From Leucoraja erinacea (lineage: Eukaryota): a stretch of DNA of 64,000 nucleotides. Location: assembly GCF_028641065.1 (NCBI RefSeq), contig NC_073411.1, positions 13,392,001 through 13,456,000 of the forward strand. Reading direction: 5' to 3'. The translations under genes were made by a program, and so were the position numbers. Below, one piece after another: positions 17,667-31,200 of this stretch (positions are counted from its first letter, which is position 1; each line of letters begins with the position of its first letter). The notes under the pieces were generated by a model. It was not told where the DNA came from. It saw only the letters and a program-made list of their open reading frames with translations, and ran no database searches.

Positions 17667-17864
17667 GTTTAAGAGGGAACTGCAGATGCTGGAGAATCGA
17701 AGGTTACACAAAAAAGCTGGAGAAACTCAGTGGGTGCAGCAGCATCTATGGAGCGAAGGAAAAGTTAATTTCCATCAGTTCCAACAAGATTTGGACCCAT
17801 CCTCGACAACCAATCCTCTTTTATGGCACTTCTGCCTGCAACCGAGAAAGATCCAACTAATGTC
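17667..17864 (-). mobile_element. Penelope-derived insertion carrying an inverted copy of neighbouring genomic DNA
   Basis: Element end at 17667-17760, then 17767-17866, which is the exact reverse complement of 17053-17152. TSD CTGGTGTTTATTATT at 17652-17666 and 17865-17879. Confidence 0.8.
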
Positions 17865-18509
17865 CTGGTGTTTATTATTCCTTTGGGAAACCATTGCTCC
17901 ATCAGGATAGCTCGTTAATGCTATACAGTCCTACATTGCTATGCGTTATGAACCCTAATGCACGGTGTGAAGAAGGGTCGCGGCCCAAAACGTCACCTAT
18001 TCCTTCACTTCAGAGATGCTGCTTGTCCTGCTGAGTTACTCCAGCTTTTTGTGTCTTATGACATTGCAATCCTGATAGCAAATGTACAGCCTTTTAGAAA
18101 CAAGGAACTGCAGGTGCTGGTTTACAACACACAAAAAAAACGACAAAGTGCTGGAGTAACACAGCACCTAAGGCACATCATGCTGGAGAATATGGATGGG
18201 TGACAGCACTCATCTCTGGACTGATTATAGAGAGAAGAAAACTGCAAGGAATGGGCAGGACAGAGCCTGGCAAGTAGTAGGTTGATACAGTAGGTGAGAG
18301 GAGAAATGAAATGAAATGATTCAATTTATTGTCATTGTCAGTGTACAGGAGGGAGTTGGTAGGCAGATGGTTGGACAAAGGCCAGAGATGTAGAGGCAGA
18401 GGGTATGAGACAGACAACAGGATTGAAGAGTTGTGAATTGTGAAACTAGAGGAAGGAATGCAGGTGTACCGTGTCTCTGGGTGGCGCTGTTGGCAGGGGG
18501 TGGCCAGTG

Positions 18510-19284
18510 TCTCCCGGTGGGGGCGCTGTGGGCGGCGAGTGACCAGTGTGGGCGCTGTGGGCGGCGAGTGACCAGTGGGGGCGCTGTGGGCGGAGGGCGG
18601 CCAGTGGGGGCGCTGTGGGCGGGCGGCCAGTGGGGGCGCTGTGGGGTGTGGGCGGGGGGCTGTGGGGTGTGGGATGTGGGCGGGCGGCCAGTGGGGGCGT
18701 TGTGGGATGTGGGCGGGGCTGTGGGGTGTGGGCGGGGGCTGTGAGATGTGGGCGGGGCTGTGGGGGTGTGGGCGGGGCTGTGGGGTGTGGGCGGGGCTGT
18801 GGGGTGTGGGCGGGGCTGTGGGCGGGCGGGGCTGTGGGGTGTGGGCGGGGCTGTGGGATGTGGGGCGGGCGGCCAGTGGGGGGCGCTGTGGGGGCGGCGG
18901 GTGACCAGTGGGGGCGCTGTGTGGGCGGGGCGACCAGTGGGGGCGCTGTAGCTGGAGTGCTGGCGGTGTGGCCGGAGCTGTGGGATGTGGGCGGGCGGCC
19001 AGTGGGGGCGCTGTGTGGCATGTGGGCGGGGCTGTGAGATGTGGGCGGGCGGCCAGTGGGGGCGCTGTGGGGTGTGGGCGGGGCTGTAGGATGTGGGCGG
19101 GGCTGTGGGGTGTGGGCGGGGCTGTGGGGTGTGGGCGGGGCTGTGGGGTGTGGGCGGGGCTGTGGGCGGCCGGCCAGTGGGGGAGCTGCGGCCATTTTGC
19201 TGCGAGGCCTACACCTGAGGCCTGGGCCTGAGTTAGTGCCGGAGCGGAGCCGAGCGCTGCGGCCGGGCTCGGGAGGCCGGCTCG
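18510..19284 (+). promoter_or_regulatory. KANSL3 promoter: G-rich tandem array followed by a YY1 site and 5' UTR
   Basis: About 670 bp of interleaved units GGGTGTGGGCGGGGCTGT and GGCCAGTGGGGGCGCTGT, then GCGGCCATTTTG (YY1) at about 19188, then a CpG-rich leader to the ATG at 19285. Confidence 0.7.
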
Positions 19285-22200
19285 ATGTGCTGCCGCGGCG
19301 GCGGCGAGCGGGACCTGCAGGGCTCGGCAAGGCGGATGGGCGCCTCGCTGCTGCAGCAACTGTCGGCCCACGAGCGGGAGCTCGACCTCGTCTTCCTCGA
19401 CCACAGTTACGCCAAACCCTGGAGCGCGCACCCCGAGGCCGGCGGCTCCCGGCCCGCACGCAGGCTCTTCCTCACCCCGCGGCGGCACCCTGACAGCACC
19501 AGGTGAGGGGCCGAACGGCCGCGCCACCCCTTCCTCTCTCCCCACTCCCTTTCTCCTCTTCCCCCCTCCCTCTATCCCCTCCTCCCCTCATCTTTCCCCC
19601 ATCCCTCCCTCCCTCTTCCTCCCCCCATCCCTCCCTCCATCCTCTTCCCCCCATCCCTCCCTCCATCCCTCCTCCCTCTCCTCCCCCTCCCTCCCCACCC
19701 CCTCTCAACCTCCCCCCCCCTCTCCACCTCCTCCCCACCTCCCCTCTCTCCAAACTCCCCCACTCCCTCCTCTTCCCCTCCCTCCTCTTCCCCTCCCCTC
19801 CTCCCCCCCCCTCCCTCCTCTTCCCCCTCCCTCCTCTTCGCCCTCCCCTCCTCCTCCTCCCCCCTCCCTCCTCTTCGCCCTCCCTCCTCCTCTTCCCCCT
19901 TCCCTCTCCTCCCCCTCTCCATCCCCCCCTCCACCTCCTTCCCTCCCCTTCCCTCCCCCCTCCGCTTCCCCTCCTCCCCCCCCCCTCCCTTCCTCCCCCC
20001 TCCACCTCCTCCCTTCCTCCCCCCTCCACCTCCTCCCCATCTCCCCTCCATGCTGCCTGTCCTGCTGAGTTACTCCAGCATTTTGTGTCTACCTCTGAGG
20101 ATGATTTGCACTGGGGCATATAATGGATAGAAGGAATGGGTGACCTTTCGGGTCGAGACACTTCTTCAGTTTATTTCTAGCCGGTTCTGCTTTGTGTTGA
20201 TACCTGAATACATCTGAGCAACCTTGCGTTTTACAGCGACTGTGAGGTGTCTGTGGATGTGGAGACGGTAGTTCCAACACCGACCCCTCTTTACGACAAC
20301 CAGAAGGCATGGAGCGTGATGAATGAATGTGAGCGGCATGTCATCTTCGCCAGGTCAGACACGGACGCCCCGCTCCCACCTGACGACTGGGAGGAGCACA
20401 TCAGCAGGTAAGAGCTCCCCGTCACCACGTGGTGATCTCCGCGCACCTCGCCGGTAGATCGGTTACTGCATCGCTGTGCCTAGACCCACTCACTCCCCAT
20501 AGCCAACCAATCCCTGGTTCACAATCTCAAATCACGATCCAGGGGCCACAGTTCAAGAATAAGGAGTAAGCCATTTAGAACGGAGACGAGGAAACACTTT
20601 TTCTCATGGAGAGTTGTGAGTCTGTGGAATTCTTTGCCTCAGAGGGCTATGGAGGCAGGTTCTCTGGATGCTTTCAAGAGAGAGATAGATAGGGCTCTTA
20701 AAAATAGCGTAGTCAGGGGATATGGAGAGAAGTCAGGAACGGGGTACTGATTGTGCATGATCAGCCATGATCACATTGAATGGAGGTGCTGGCTCGAAGG
20801 GCCAAATGGCCTACACCTGCACCTCTTGTCTATTGTCAAAGTGCGCCACACTGTGGCGCAGCACCAGGGACCCAAGTTCCATCCTGACCTCGACCCCTGT
20901 CCGTGTGGAGTTTGTACATTTCTCCCTGTGACTGCGTGGGCTTCCTTCAGGTGCTCCAGTTTCCTCCCACATCCCAAAGACGTGCGGGTTTACAGGTTAA
21001 TTGACCCTCTGTAACTTGCCGCCTAGTGTGCAGGGGAGTGGATGTGAAAGTGGAATAACATCGAATGAGTGTGAGCGGGTGACACACACGCGTAGCGCAC
21101 TACTGGCCTTTCCCAGGGGGGGTCGGGCTGCTGCTCTGGAAACCTCACACTTGTTGAAGTAATCAAACAATAAAGACTTTGAAATCTAGAATTGTTGGGG
21201 ATTCTGGGTTTGAGATGAGGCTGTGGATTCACCAAGATCTAAATGGCAACTCTTGTGTGGTCCAATGTCTCACACTCTGGTACTTGGTACGAGTCTGCTT
21301 CATGTATGCTAGGATAGACACTGAACCTTATGCAGAAAATAATGCCACTGTGCTAGGGTACACATGACTGTAACGTCTGAAGATAGGTCTCGACCTGAAA
21401 CGTCACCCATTCCTTCTCTCCAGAAATGCTGCCTGTCCCGCTGAGTTACTCCAGCATTTTGTGTCTCTCTTGGGTTTAAACCAGCATCTGCAGTTCCTTC
21501 CTACACACTGACAGTGATGTACCGCTGACCCATTGAATGGTAGGTCAGGCGTGAAGACTGAATGGTCTCAGCTTGCTGTGCTGTGCCGCGTTACACTCAA
21601 ATCGGTTGCTGGAGTCAGAAGCTGCCGCCTCGCTGTCTGCGGCCCACCGCTCCCGTCTTCCCCGCGACACCGGGTGCTCGATGGCTGATCGCTGCTCCTG
21701 TCTCCGGCTCCACCTGACACATGGTCTCCCTCTTTCCCCCCCCCTCCAGATCAGGGTGGAGTGTGGCGCAGAACAAGCTGTTCAACAAAATCGTGAAGGT
21801 GCTGTACTCGGACCGCTTGGCCAGGCTGGCCAACGAAGGGGTGAGTGTGCGTGGTCAGCTGCCCCGGTTAATGTCGGCTCTCACTAACTCATGGATGGGC
21901 GAGAAGGGGAGGGGAGGGAGGGAGGGGGACACACACGGTCGACCAGAGCTGGCTAGCTGGATGCCTGGCACTGAGCCAGAGGCTTGGGTGTCTGACTGGG
22001 AGCGCCACATATTCTCCATATTACCTGCAAGATGGCAAGCAATGAAGTCCCCCCGGTTTTGGGAGACTGGGGGGGAAGCAAAGCACTTGGTAACGGGAGA
22101 CTGGGAACAATGATGTGCTCAGGTAGACAAAAGTGCTGGAGAAACTCAGCGAATGCAGCAGCATCTATGGAGCGAAGGAAATAGGCAACGTTTCGGGCCA

Positions 22201-25200
22201 AAACACTTCTTCAAACTGAAGGAAATAGGCAACGTTTCAGGCCGAAACCCGGAAGGGTTTCGGCCTGAAACGGTGCCTATTTCCTTCGCTCCACATAGAT
22301 GCTGCTGCACCCGCTGAGTTTCTCCAGCACTTTTGTCTACCTTCGATTTTCCAGCATCTGCAGTTCCTTCTTAAACACAATGATGTGCCCAGTTTGCTGG
22401 TGAGGAGCAGGCCCTGCCTTGCACCCCCTGCACTGCCGTGGATAGTTACTGCTCCCCTGATATCGGTGGTCACTGTGAGACCGGAAACTGTTTGCAGGCC
22501 AGCAACGAGCCGGTGCTACGGAGAATCGCAGTGGACAAGTGCGCTCGCCGCATCCGCCAGGCCCTGGCCAGCCTGAACTGGGACACCAAGCTGACGCAGT
22601 GGCTGCACACCACCCTGGTGGATACGCTCAGCCTCTCCATGCTGGCCGCGTACCTCGATGTCCTCCAGACCCTCAAGTGCAAGGTATGGATGGATGCTCC
22701 TGCTCCTCGCGCGCTGGCCCCACTGGGCTCCTCGCCCCTCTAGGACAGAGCACACAGTAATGTAAAAGGACACAGAGTGTTGGAGCAAGGGTGCCGACTC
22801 GAAACGTCACCTATCCAGAGTTCTCCAGAAATGCTGCCTGAGCCACTGAGTAACTCCAGTACTTTGTGTTCTGTTCCGAATGCTCTCTCTGAATGAGAGG
22901 TTTGCTCTGCTCCTACCTCCTTATCTTACTGGAATACACAGTTGGCGACTGCATGCAGACCCTGTTGCTGCCCTCTCGCTGTTAATCTCTCTGCCGTTTC
23001 CCGTAATGCCCAGTTTATTTAGGTGTCTAATGCCCAGAGGCTCTCTGTTCACCAAAGATCCTGTTCTGTTCCCTACACGCCCCACGTGCCGTCGGAACCG
23101 TGGTTTACTTGAGTTGACGGTGCCACCACGTGTTACCCTCATCCTCTGCTCCCTCTCTGGATGTTTTACTACAGCTGCCAACGCTGATCGATAAAATGAT
23201 CATCTCGTCCACGGCCAAGTCTGGGGCAGCCGGTGCCGAGGCCCTGCCCTTGTTGCTGAAGCGACCGTGGGATCCTGCTGTCGGAGTCTTGTCCCACAAC
23301 AAGCCCGTGAGTTACCCCGAGTCTGGTCCCACAACAAGCCTGTGAGTTACCCCGAGTCTGGTCCCACAACAAGCCCGTGAGTTACCGCCGAGTCTTGTCC
23401 CACAACATTCCCATGAGTTACACACAGGTCAGGGTGGCATCTAGGGGGATAAACACCTCTTGGAAATTTTGTGCGTCTGAGAAAAGGAATAGGGTCGAGA
23501 CTCTTTTTCCGACCCGAAACATACACCATTCCTTCTCTCCAGAGATACTGCCTGTCCCGCTGAGTTTCACCAGCATTTTGTGTCTACGTTCGATTCATAT
23601 TTGCAGGTCTTTCCCACACATTTTGACCACTACTTGAGGTTCAGTTTAGTTTAAAGATACAGCATGGCAATGGGCTCTGCCCCACCGAGTCCACATCGAC
23701 CATCGATCACCATGTTATCCCACTTTCTCACCCACTCCCTACACACCATTGACCTGCAAATACACACGCCTTTCGAATGTGGAGGGAAACCGGAGCACCC
23801 GGAGGAAACCCACGCGGTCACAGTGAGACGGTGCACACAGATAAGACCCTGTCGGGTTTTAATGCTTGTTCTCTCCCCGGCAGACTAAGGTCCCAGGTGC
23901 CCCATTGCTTCTCATCGCTCCTGGCGGCCCCACGAATAACATGGCCTCTGCCTCACGCAGGACCCGATTCTGGTTGTCCCAGCTGTCCTGTTTGGGAAAG
24001 GTCAGTGGTGTGTGTGTGTGGTGTGTCTGTTTGTGCTGTGTGTGTGTGCATGCGTGTGTGTGTGTGCGCACGCGTGTTTGTGCTGCGTGTGTGTGCGCGC
24101 GCATCTCTGTCGGATGGGGAGAGGTGATTGATCACCTTTAGTGTGTCGGCTTGGCTGGGCTGGGCTGGGCAGTAACAACGCCTTCATTCAGGGTGGGGAG
24201 GAGGGGTTGGGGTGATGAGGGATTGAGAGGGGGCAGATGTTGGGAATAGGGAACATAGGGTGCGTGGAGGAGGGGGCTGCTGGCAGGGTTGGGGCAGAGT
24301 GTGGAGGGGGGGGGGGTGCAATTTGTTTACATGGGGCAGTAGGGACCCCGTGTGGGTGGGGGCAGCCCCAGGAGTTGCCTGCGGTGCTGTGAGTGTGTGT
24401 GTGTGTGTCTGGGGGGGATGGGGAGGGGACGGTCAGGCTGGCCGCGGGCTAAGGTGTGAGTGCTGCGTGTCAGGTTCGGGTGTGAGTGGTGAGGGTCAGG
24501 GTAGAGTCGGTGTCGAGGGTGGGGCTGGCCGTGGGCGCGAGTGTGACCACTGTTCCTTGTCCTACAGGTAATCCCGGTCACCATGCACATTGTCAACGGC
24601 GGCTCTGGAGTGAGCGTGTCCCAGTGCCTGGAGCACATGATTGGGGCCGTCCGCACAAAGGTCCTGGAGGTTGGTGCTGCGATCGATGCTCCACTTAGTG
24701 ACCACAGGGGCCCCATGGAGCCTGAACCCACACAGTCCGATAATCCCACTGTCTGTCTGCTCATGGTCATTCTAAGAACATAGATCAAGTCAAGTCACTT
24801 TTATTTACGTAGCACATTTAAAAAACAACTCTCGTTGGCCAAAGTGCTTTACATTGGTAGTACATACATAAATACATACATATAGCCCTCACTCAGAGGA
24901 CATCTGAGATCATAAAATAGGTGCAGAATTAGACCATTCGGCCCATCGAGTGGGCACGCCATTTGATCATGGCTGATTTATTTTACCCTCCCATCCCAAT
25001 TCTCCTGCCTTAACGCCATAACCTTAGATACCTTTACTAATCAAGAACCTGTCAATCTCCATTTTAGAAATATCCATTGACTTGGCCTCCACTGCCGTAT
25101 GTTGCAATGGATTCCGCAGATTCACCACCTTTTGGATTAAGACATTTCTCCTTATCTCATTTTATTCTGAAGCTGTTCCCATCTGGTCCTAGACTCTCCC

Positions 25201-28200
25201 GTTACCGGAAAGGCAGCTAATGGGAGCTCTAGATGTTTACCAGGGCAGGCAAATGTGTGTTGGTCGCGATGCACCCAGTCAGTACTCTACCATACATCTG
25301 TAGAGGACGGCATCTGGATTTGCAGCGTTTGGATGTAGGGCATTTTAGTTAGCTCCCACCCAGCTCGAGGTGCCCAGTACACATTCTAATCGGTCGGTAT
25401 ATCTCTCTCTTGCAGCTGCAGACTCACTTTCCGAGCCGACCGATTGTACTGATGGGGTGGAACGTGGCTGCTCTCGTGGCTTGTCATGTAAGTAGCTAGG
25501 ACTGTGCGGTCTGGGTTCACACTTAGTAAGCTGTCTCCTTCTGATGAATTGCTCATCTCTGGTATCCTCCGTCTGGGATGAAACCATGTCCTTGTGTTAG
25601 TTTACACGGCAGCTTTGTACACACCTTACATGCTGCTTACTGAGTTCCTCCAGCGCTTTTATTTTTGTAAACCAGCATCAGCAGTTCCTTGTGTGTCCAT
25701 GTGTTCGGCTAATATTACTGCAAACTGCCGGTGCCTAAAAAACATGGGTGAAAAGCAAGCTGCTAACCGCTCAGTGAATTACAGAGATTTATTTTGCATC
25801 CCTTTCCAACTTAGGGATCTTTCGAGGTGTTTCCCAGACAATGTGAAGTAGATGCTGGTGTGTAGTCACTAGACCAGCAAGCCCCACCCCCACAACATGC
25901 AAAACCACAGTTGAGATGTGGAATAAAATTTGCTCTCCTGTGACTTGAATGGAAAGAAAAAAAGTGAATTGATCAAAACCGATTTATTATTTTCAACTTG
26001 CATTATCTGTGCATGCGTCGTGAAACGTGGCTTTGCGTTACGGGAAATTGTCCTACACGCGTTTTCACGGAGTGAACACCCCACCGAATCCGTAACGGGA
26101 GGGCTGTCCGTGCCGACACTGACTCTGCCTGATGCTGCCTTCCGCTTGTTTCTCTGCAGGTCTCGGTGATGGAGTTTGTGTCTGCCGTAGTTTGCCTCGG
26201 ATTCCCTCTTCTCACGGTAGAAGGACCAAGAGGAGTGAGTGGCCACTTGTTTAATTTCTTTTGGGGTAAAAGTATATTTGGAGGAAGCAGTGGTGCTTAA
26301 AAATGGCATGTTACTTTACACTTTGAGACATGGCTGGTAACGTGGGCCTTGGCATCATGCTTGGCACAGACATTGTGGACTGATAGGCCTGTTCCTGTGC
26401 AGTACAGTTTTATCTTCTATTTTATGAGTGATGTTCTCGAGGATAGAACAGGGTGAGTACAAAGTAACGCTCTCCCTGCACTCTGCTGTCACATACTCTC
26501 AGGGCAGGGACAGTCTGAATTGGATTTGAAATAAAACAAATTAGTAATGACTCTCGTCACGTGGAAGGTATCATGCAGAGATGGGCAGGTTGGGCCGAAG
26601 AGCCAGTTTCCAAGCTGGTAGGTTAGTGCGTTGGACTCGAGCAGGTACGGCGTGTTTGAGACTGGGTGGCCACAGCGGGTAGCAGAAACCCTGTGTGTGA
26701 GTATTTGCTGAGGGACTGGATCGGGTTACTAGCACTGTGCCCCAGCTCTCACCTCCCACCCTCCCCACATCTCACCCTCCCCACATCTCACCCTCCCCAC
26801 ATCTCACCCTCCCCACATCTCACCCTCCCCACATCTCCCCCTCCGCACCTCCCACCCTCCCCACATCTCACCCTCCCCTCATCTCACCCTCCGCACCTCC
26901 CACCCTCCCCACATTCACCGGTGCATAGAGAGGTAAACGCATCAAGCTTGTCACATTGCCACAACTGAGGGCAGTGCTGTGCTGTGCTGCTGACGGACAC
27001 TGGCTGGTGGGAGGAAGCTGTTCCTGAACTAGACTTGCCCTGTGTGTCTGGGATTCCTGAGCCCAGTCTGCCGTCTGTCACTGGGAAGGGGCAGTTCCTG
27101 AGCCAGGCTGCTGTGTGCCCCCGTGCTATCTAATACTCTGGACGTCTCTGTTCAGGATGTAGATGACCCTCTGCTGGACATGAAGACGCCCGTGCTGTTT
27201 GTGATTGGCCAGAACTCTGTGCAGTGCAATGCCGACTCCATTGAGGATTTCCGGGAGAAGCTGCGGGCTGAAAACAGCCTGGTGATAGTTGGTGGTGCTG
27301 ACGATAATCTCAGGTAACCGCGCCACTGCCATGCTGTTCCAAGCTTGGGGCCGAGGGTTCAATCCTCACACCGGGACTGTTGATGCTCCAGTCTCTGTGG
27401 TGCCAACCCCAGTGAGATTTGGCCCCTGCTTGCTCTTGGAGGTCAACTTCAAAGATCACTAAGGGCCTGTCCCACTGACGCGACCTTTCAGCGACTGTCT
27501 TCGACCTTCACGCTCCTGCACCAACTCCTGCACCTATTGTCCATGTTTCTGGCCCTGCCTTCCTTAACCCCACGGTGACGAGCTGTCTTGATGGGTCTGG
27601 GGACCAATAGACAATAGGTGCAGGAGTAGGCCATTCGGCCCTTCGAGCCAGCACCGCCATTCAATGTGATCATGGCTGATCATCCCCAATCAGTACCCCG
27701 TTCCTGCCTTCTCCCCATATCCCCTGACTCCGCTATTTTTAAGAGCCCTATCTAGCTCTCTCATGAAAGCATCCAGAGAACAGGCCTCCACCGCCCTCTG
27801 AGGCAGACCAAGGGGAGAGGGTTTAGCTGCTTGGGGGTCTCACCTCACGCTGACTTTCTCCACCGCAGGATCAGCAAAGCAAAGAAGAAGATGGAGGGTC
27901 TAACGCAGAGCATGGTGGACAGGTGCATCCAGGTGAGTCTGTCCCCTGACACACCTGTGCTGTGAGGTTGCCGTTCAGCTGGAAAGGGTGCAGAGCGGAT
28001 TTACCGCATATACCAGAACTCATGGGTCTGAGCTGTAGGGACGGGCTGTGTCGGCTGGGACTTTATTCCTTGGAGCACAGGAGGATGAGGGGTGTTTGTA
28101 TAGAGATGTATGTGATCTTTAGAGAATAGATTGGGTAAATGCACAATCTTGTGCACAGAGTAGGGGAATCAAGAACCAGAGTTAAGGTGAGAGGGGAAAG

Positions 28201-31200
28201 ATTTTAGGGGCAACCTTCTCTCTGCACACTGTGTAGTTTACTTTAGTTAATTGTCAAGATTCAAGAGAGTTTATTGTCATGTGTCCCTGATAGGACAATG
28301 AAATTCTTGCTTTGCTTCAGCACAACAGAACATAGTAGGCATTGACTTCAAAACAGATCAGTGTGTCCATATACCATTATATAAATATATACACACATGA
28401 ATAAATAAACTGATAAATAACAGATAATGGGTTATTAATGTTCAGAGTTTTGTCCGAGCCAGGTTTAATAGCCTGATGGCTGTGGGGAAGCAGCTATTCC
28501 TGAACCTGGTCGTTGCAGTCTTCAGGCTCCTGTATCTTCTACCTGAAGGTAGCAGGGAGATGAGTGTGGCCAGGATGATGTGGGTCCTTGATGATACTGC
28601 CAGCCTTTTTGAGGCAGCGACTGCGATAGATCCCCTCGATGAAAGGGAGGTCAGAGCCGATGATGGACTGGGCAGTGTTTACCACTTTTTGTCGTCTTTT
28701 CAGTGTTCCAAGTGTACGTCATGAAGAAACGCCACCCATTCCTTCTCTCCAGAGATGCTGATTGTCCCATTGAGTTTCTCCAGCATTTTGTGTCATATAG
28801 TTGGGAGGTCATGTTACAATTGTTTAAGACATTGCTGTGGCTACGTTTAGGGTATTGTGTTCAGTTTTGGTCACCATGTTATAGGAAAAGTGTTTTAAAG
28901 CTGGAAAAGGAGCAGAGAAGCACTTCTGCATCTGCAGTTGCTGCCTCCGTATCTTGGGAGGAGTTGTTGATAGCCCCGCGTTCATTGTCCATCTCTTCAC
29001 CTCAGGATGAAATAGGCGACTTCCTGACCGGTGTGCTGACCAAGAGCGAGTCGCAGGCGGGTTTTGAGGCCAAGGAGGTTGACCTGGACAAGAAGAGGAG
29101 ATGTCGGGACACGCGGCGGGACTTGGCCTTCGAGCTGTCGGAGAGGAACAGCCGGCCCGCGTCCCCGTTCAGCCGCGTCCCGGTCTCTCCCTCTGGCTCA
29201 GAGGTGAGTCGCGTGACATTCACCCCCCCCCCCCCACCCCATCCCCGAGCTCACTGACCTGCTCCCAGTCGCCCATCGCACTCCTCTCCTCCGGCTCTGT
29301 GATCAGTAGCGAAGGCCGTGGGTTCAAACTGTGCCGTCTCTGCACACCCCCCCTCCACTGCAGAAGTAGAGTTGCTGCCTCACAGCGCCGGAGACTCGTA
29401 CTCCATCCTGGCCACGGGTGCTGTCTGTAAGGACTTTGCACGTTCTCCCCGTGAACTGTGTGGGTTTTCTCCGGGTGCTCCGGTTTCCTCCCACATTCCA
29501 AAGACGGCAGGTTCGCCAGTTAATTGGCTTCTGCAAAGCGCAAATTGACCCTAGTGTGTGTCGGACAGTGCTAGTGTACATGGTGATCGCTGGTCAGCAG
29601 GGCTTGGTGGGCCGAAGGGCCTGTGTCCACGCTGTATCTCTAAAGTGTAAAAATCCCCCAAAACTAACCAGCTGAGTTTTCCTAGGTAGACAAAAATGCT
29701 GGAGAAACTCAGCTGGTGAGGCAGCATCTATGGAGCGAAGGAATAGGTGACGTTTCGGGTCGAGACCCGAAACGTCACCTATTCCTTTGCTCCATAGATG
29801 CTGCCTCACCCGCTGAGTTTCTCCAGCATTTTTGTCGATCTTCAATTTTTCCAGCATCTGCAGTTCGTTCATAAACAGCTGAGATTTCCTCGTGGACTTT
29901 TGCCAATATTCATGCATCAGCCAACAGCCTGACAAGATGATTACCCTGCCATGATTACATTGCGTTTTCTGTAAATTCACACAGTACATACAGTTATCCT
30001 TGGCACATCCAGCATTTAGTGCCGGCCTCAAACTGCCCAGGAGACGACACAAGACGTCTAAAGGCTTCAAATCACTTCATCCAATGGGCACAATGACGAC
30101 TTCAAAACACATTTGGGCAGATATGTGGATAATTTAGTTTAGAGATACAGCGTGGAAACAGGCCCTTCGTCCCGCCAGGTTCGTGCCGACCAGCGATCCC
30201 CTCACATTAACACTACCCTACGCACATTAGGGACAATGTTGGATTTATACCAAGCCAATTAGCCTACAAACCTGCACGTCTTTGAGATGTGGGAGGAAAG
30301 TGGAGCACCGGAGCAAACCCACGCACGTCACATGCAAACTGGTCACGTGGAGCTCGGATTCAGCCGCGGGCGGGACTTACTTACCATCACCCGCCGGGGT
30401 CCCAACATCGGAAGCCTGGATCGCCTCAGCGCAGAGGGAGAATAAGGAGGGAAGAGACAAGGACTTTCAGACTTTTGCCTTCCATCACAGTGAGGAGGTG
30501 CCTGGTGAACTCACTGTGGTGGATGTTAAACCTGTGTTTATTGTGTGTTTTGTTATCTTATTCTATGTTATGACTGCAAGGCAAAATGAAATTTCGTTCA
30601 GACTGAAAAGTCTGAATGACAATAAAGGAACACAATACAGCTCAGTACAGGCAACACCAGTGGTCAGGATCCAACCCGGGTCTCTGCCGCTGTGAGGCAG
30701 CAACTCTACCGCTGCTCCACCATGCCAGCAATTGAGCGGTAAAGGCCAAAATGCAGGCAAATGGATCTCGGCCAGTTTGCCGCCATTGTTGGTCAGCATG
30801 GAGGTGGTGGGCCGAAGGGCCTGTTTCTGTGCTGCACAGCTCCTTTAATGTCTAACGTTGTTGAACCCTGTGCAGGGAACGTCGAGCGTGTCGAGCAGCC
30901 CCACCTCCAGCCCGAAGACAAAGAGCGCGTCCCTGTCCCTGTCCCCGGCCCAGAAGGCCAGCCTGATCACTGCCACGGCCACCGCTGCCAGCCAGTCGCC
31001 CAGCCTCTCCGCCCAGTTCTCACACATCCTCAAACAGCACATGCAGAAGACCGGCACTGTCCTCACCCAGAAACAAGCTCAAGGTAATCACTGCTTCTCT
31101 CCCCATGTTGGTGGAGTCTAGAACCAGGGGATACTATTTAAGAATAAGGGGTAAGCCATTTAGAACGGAGACAAGGAAACACTTTTTCACACAGAGAGTT

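Noticed and set aside
18178-20161. Long Pro/Gly/His-rich ORFs (455, 337, 229 and 206 aa)
   Set aside because: They arise from stop-poor G/C tandem repeats in the KANSL3 promoter and intron 1. Only 19285-19502 is a real exon.
30476-30525. Hairpin CCATCACAGTGAG...CTCACTGTGGTGG resembling a pre-miRNA
   Set aside because: It recurs at about 37826-37865 within a dispersed repeat 3' end (followed by AATGACAATAAA), so it is more simply a retroelement UTR stem-loop.
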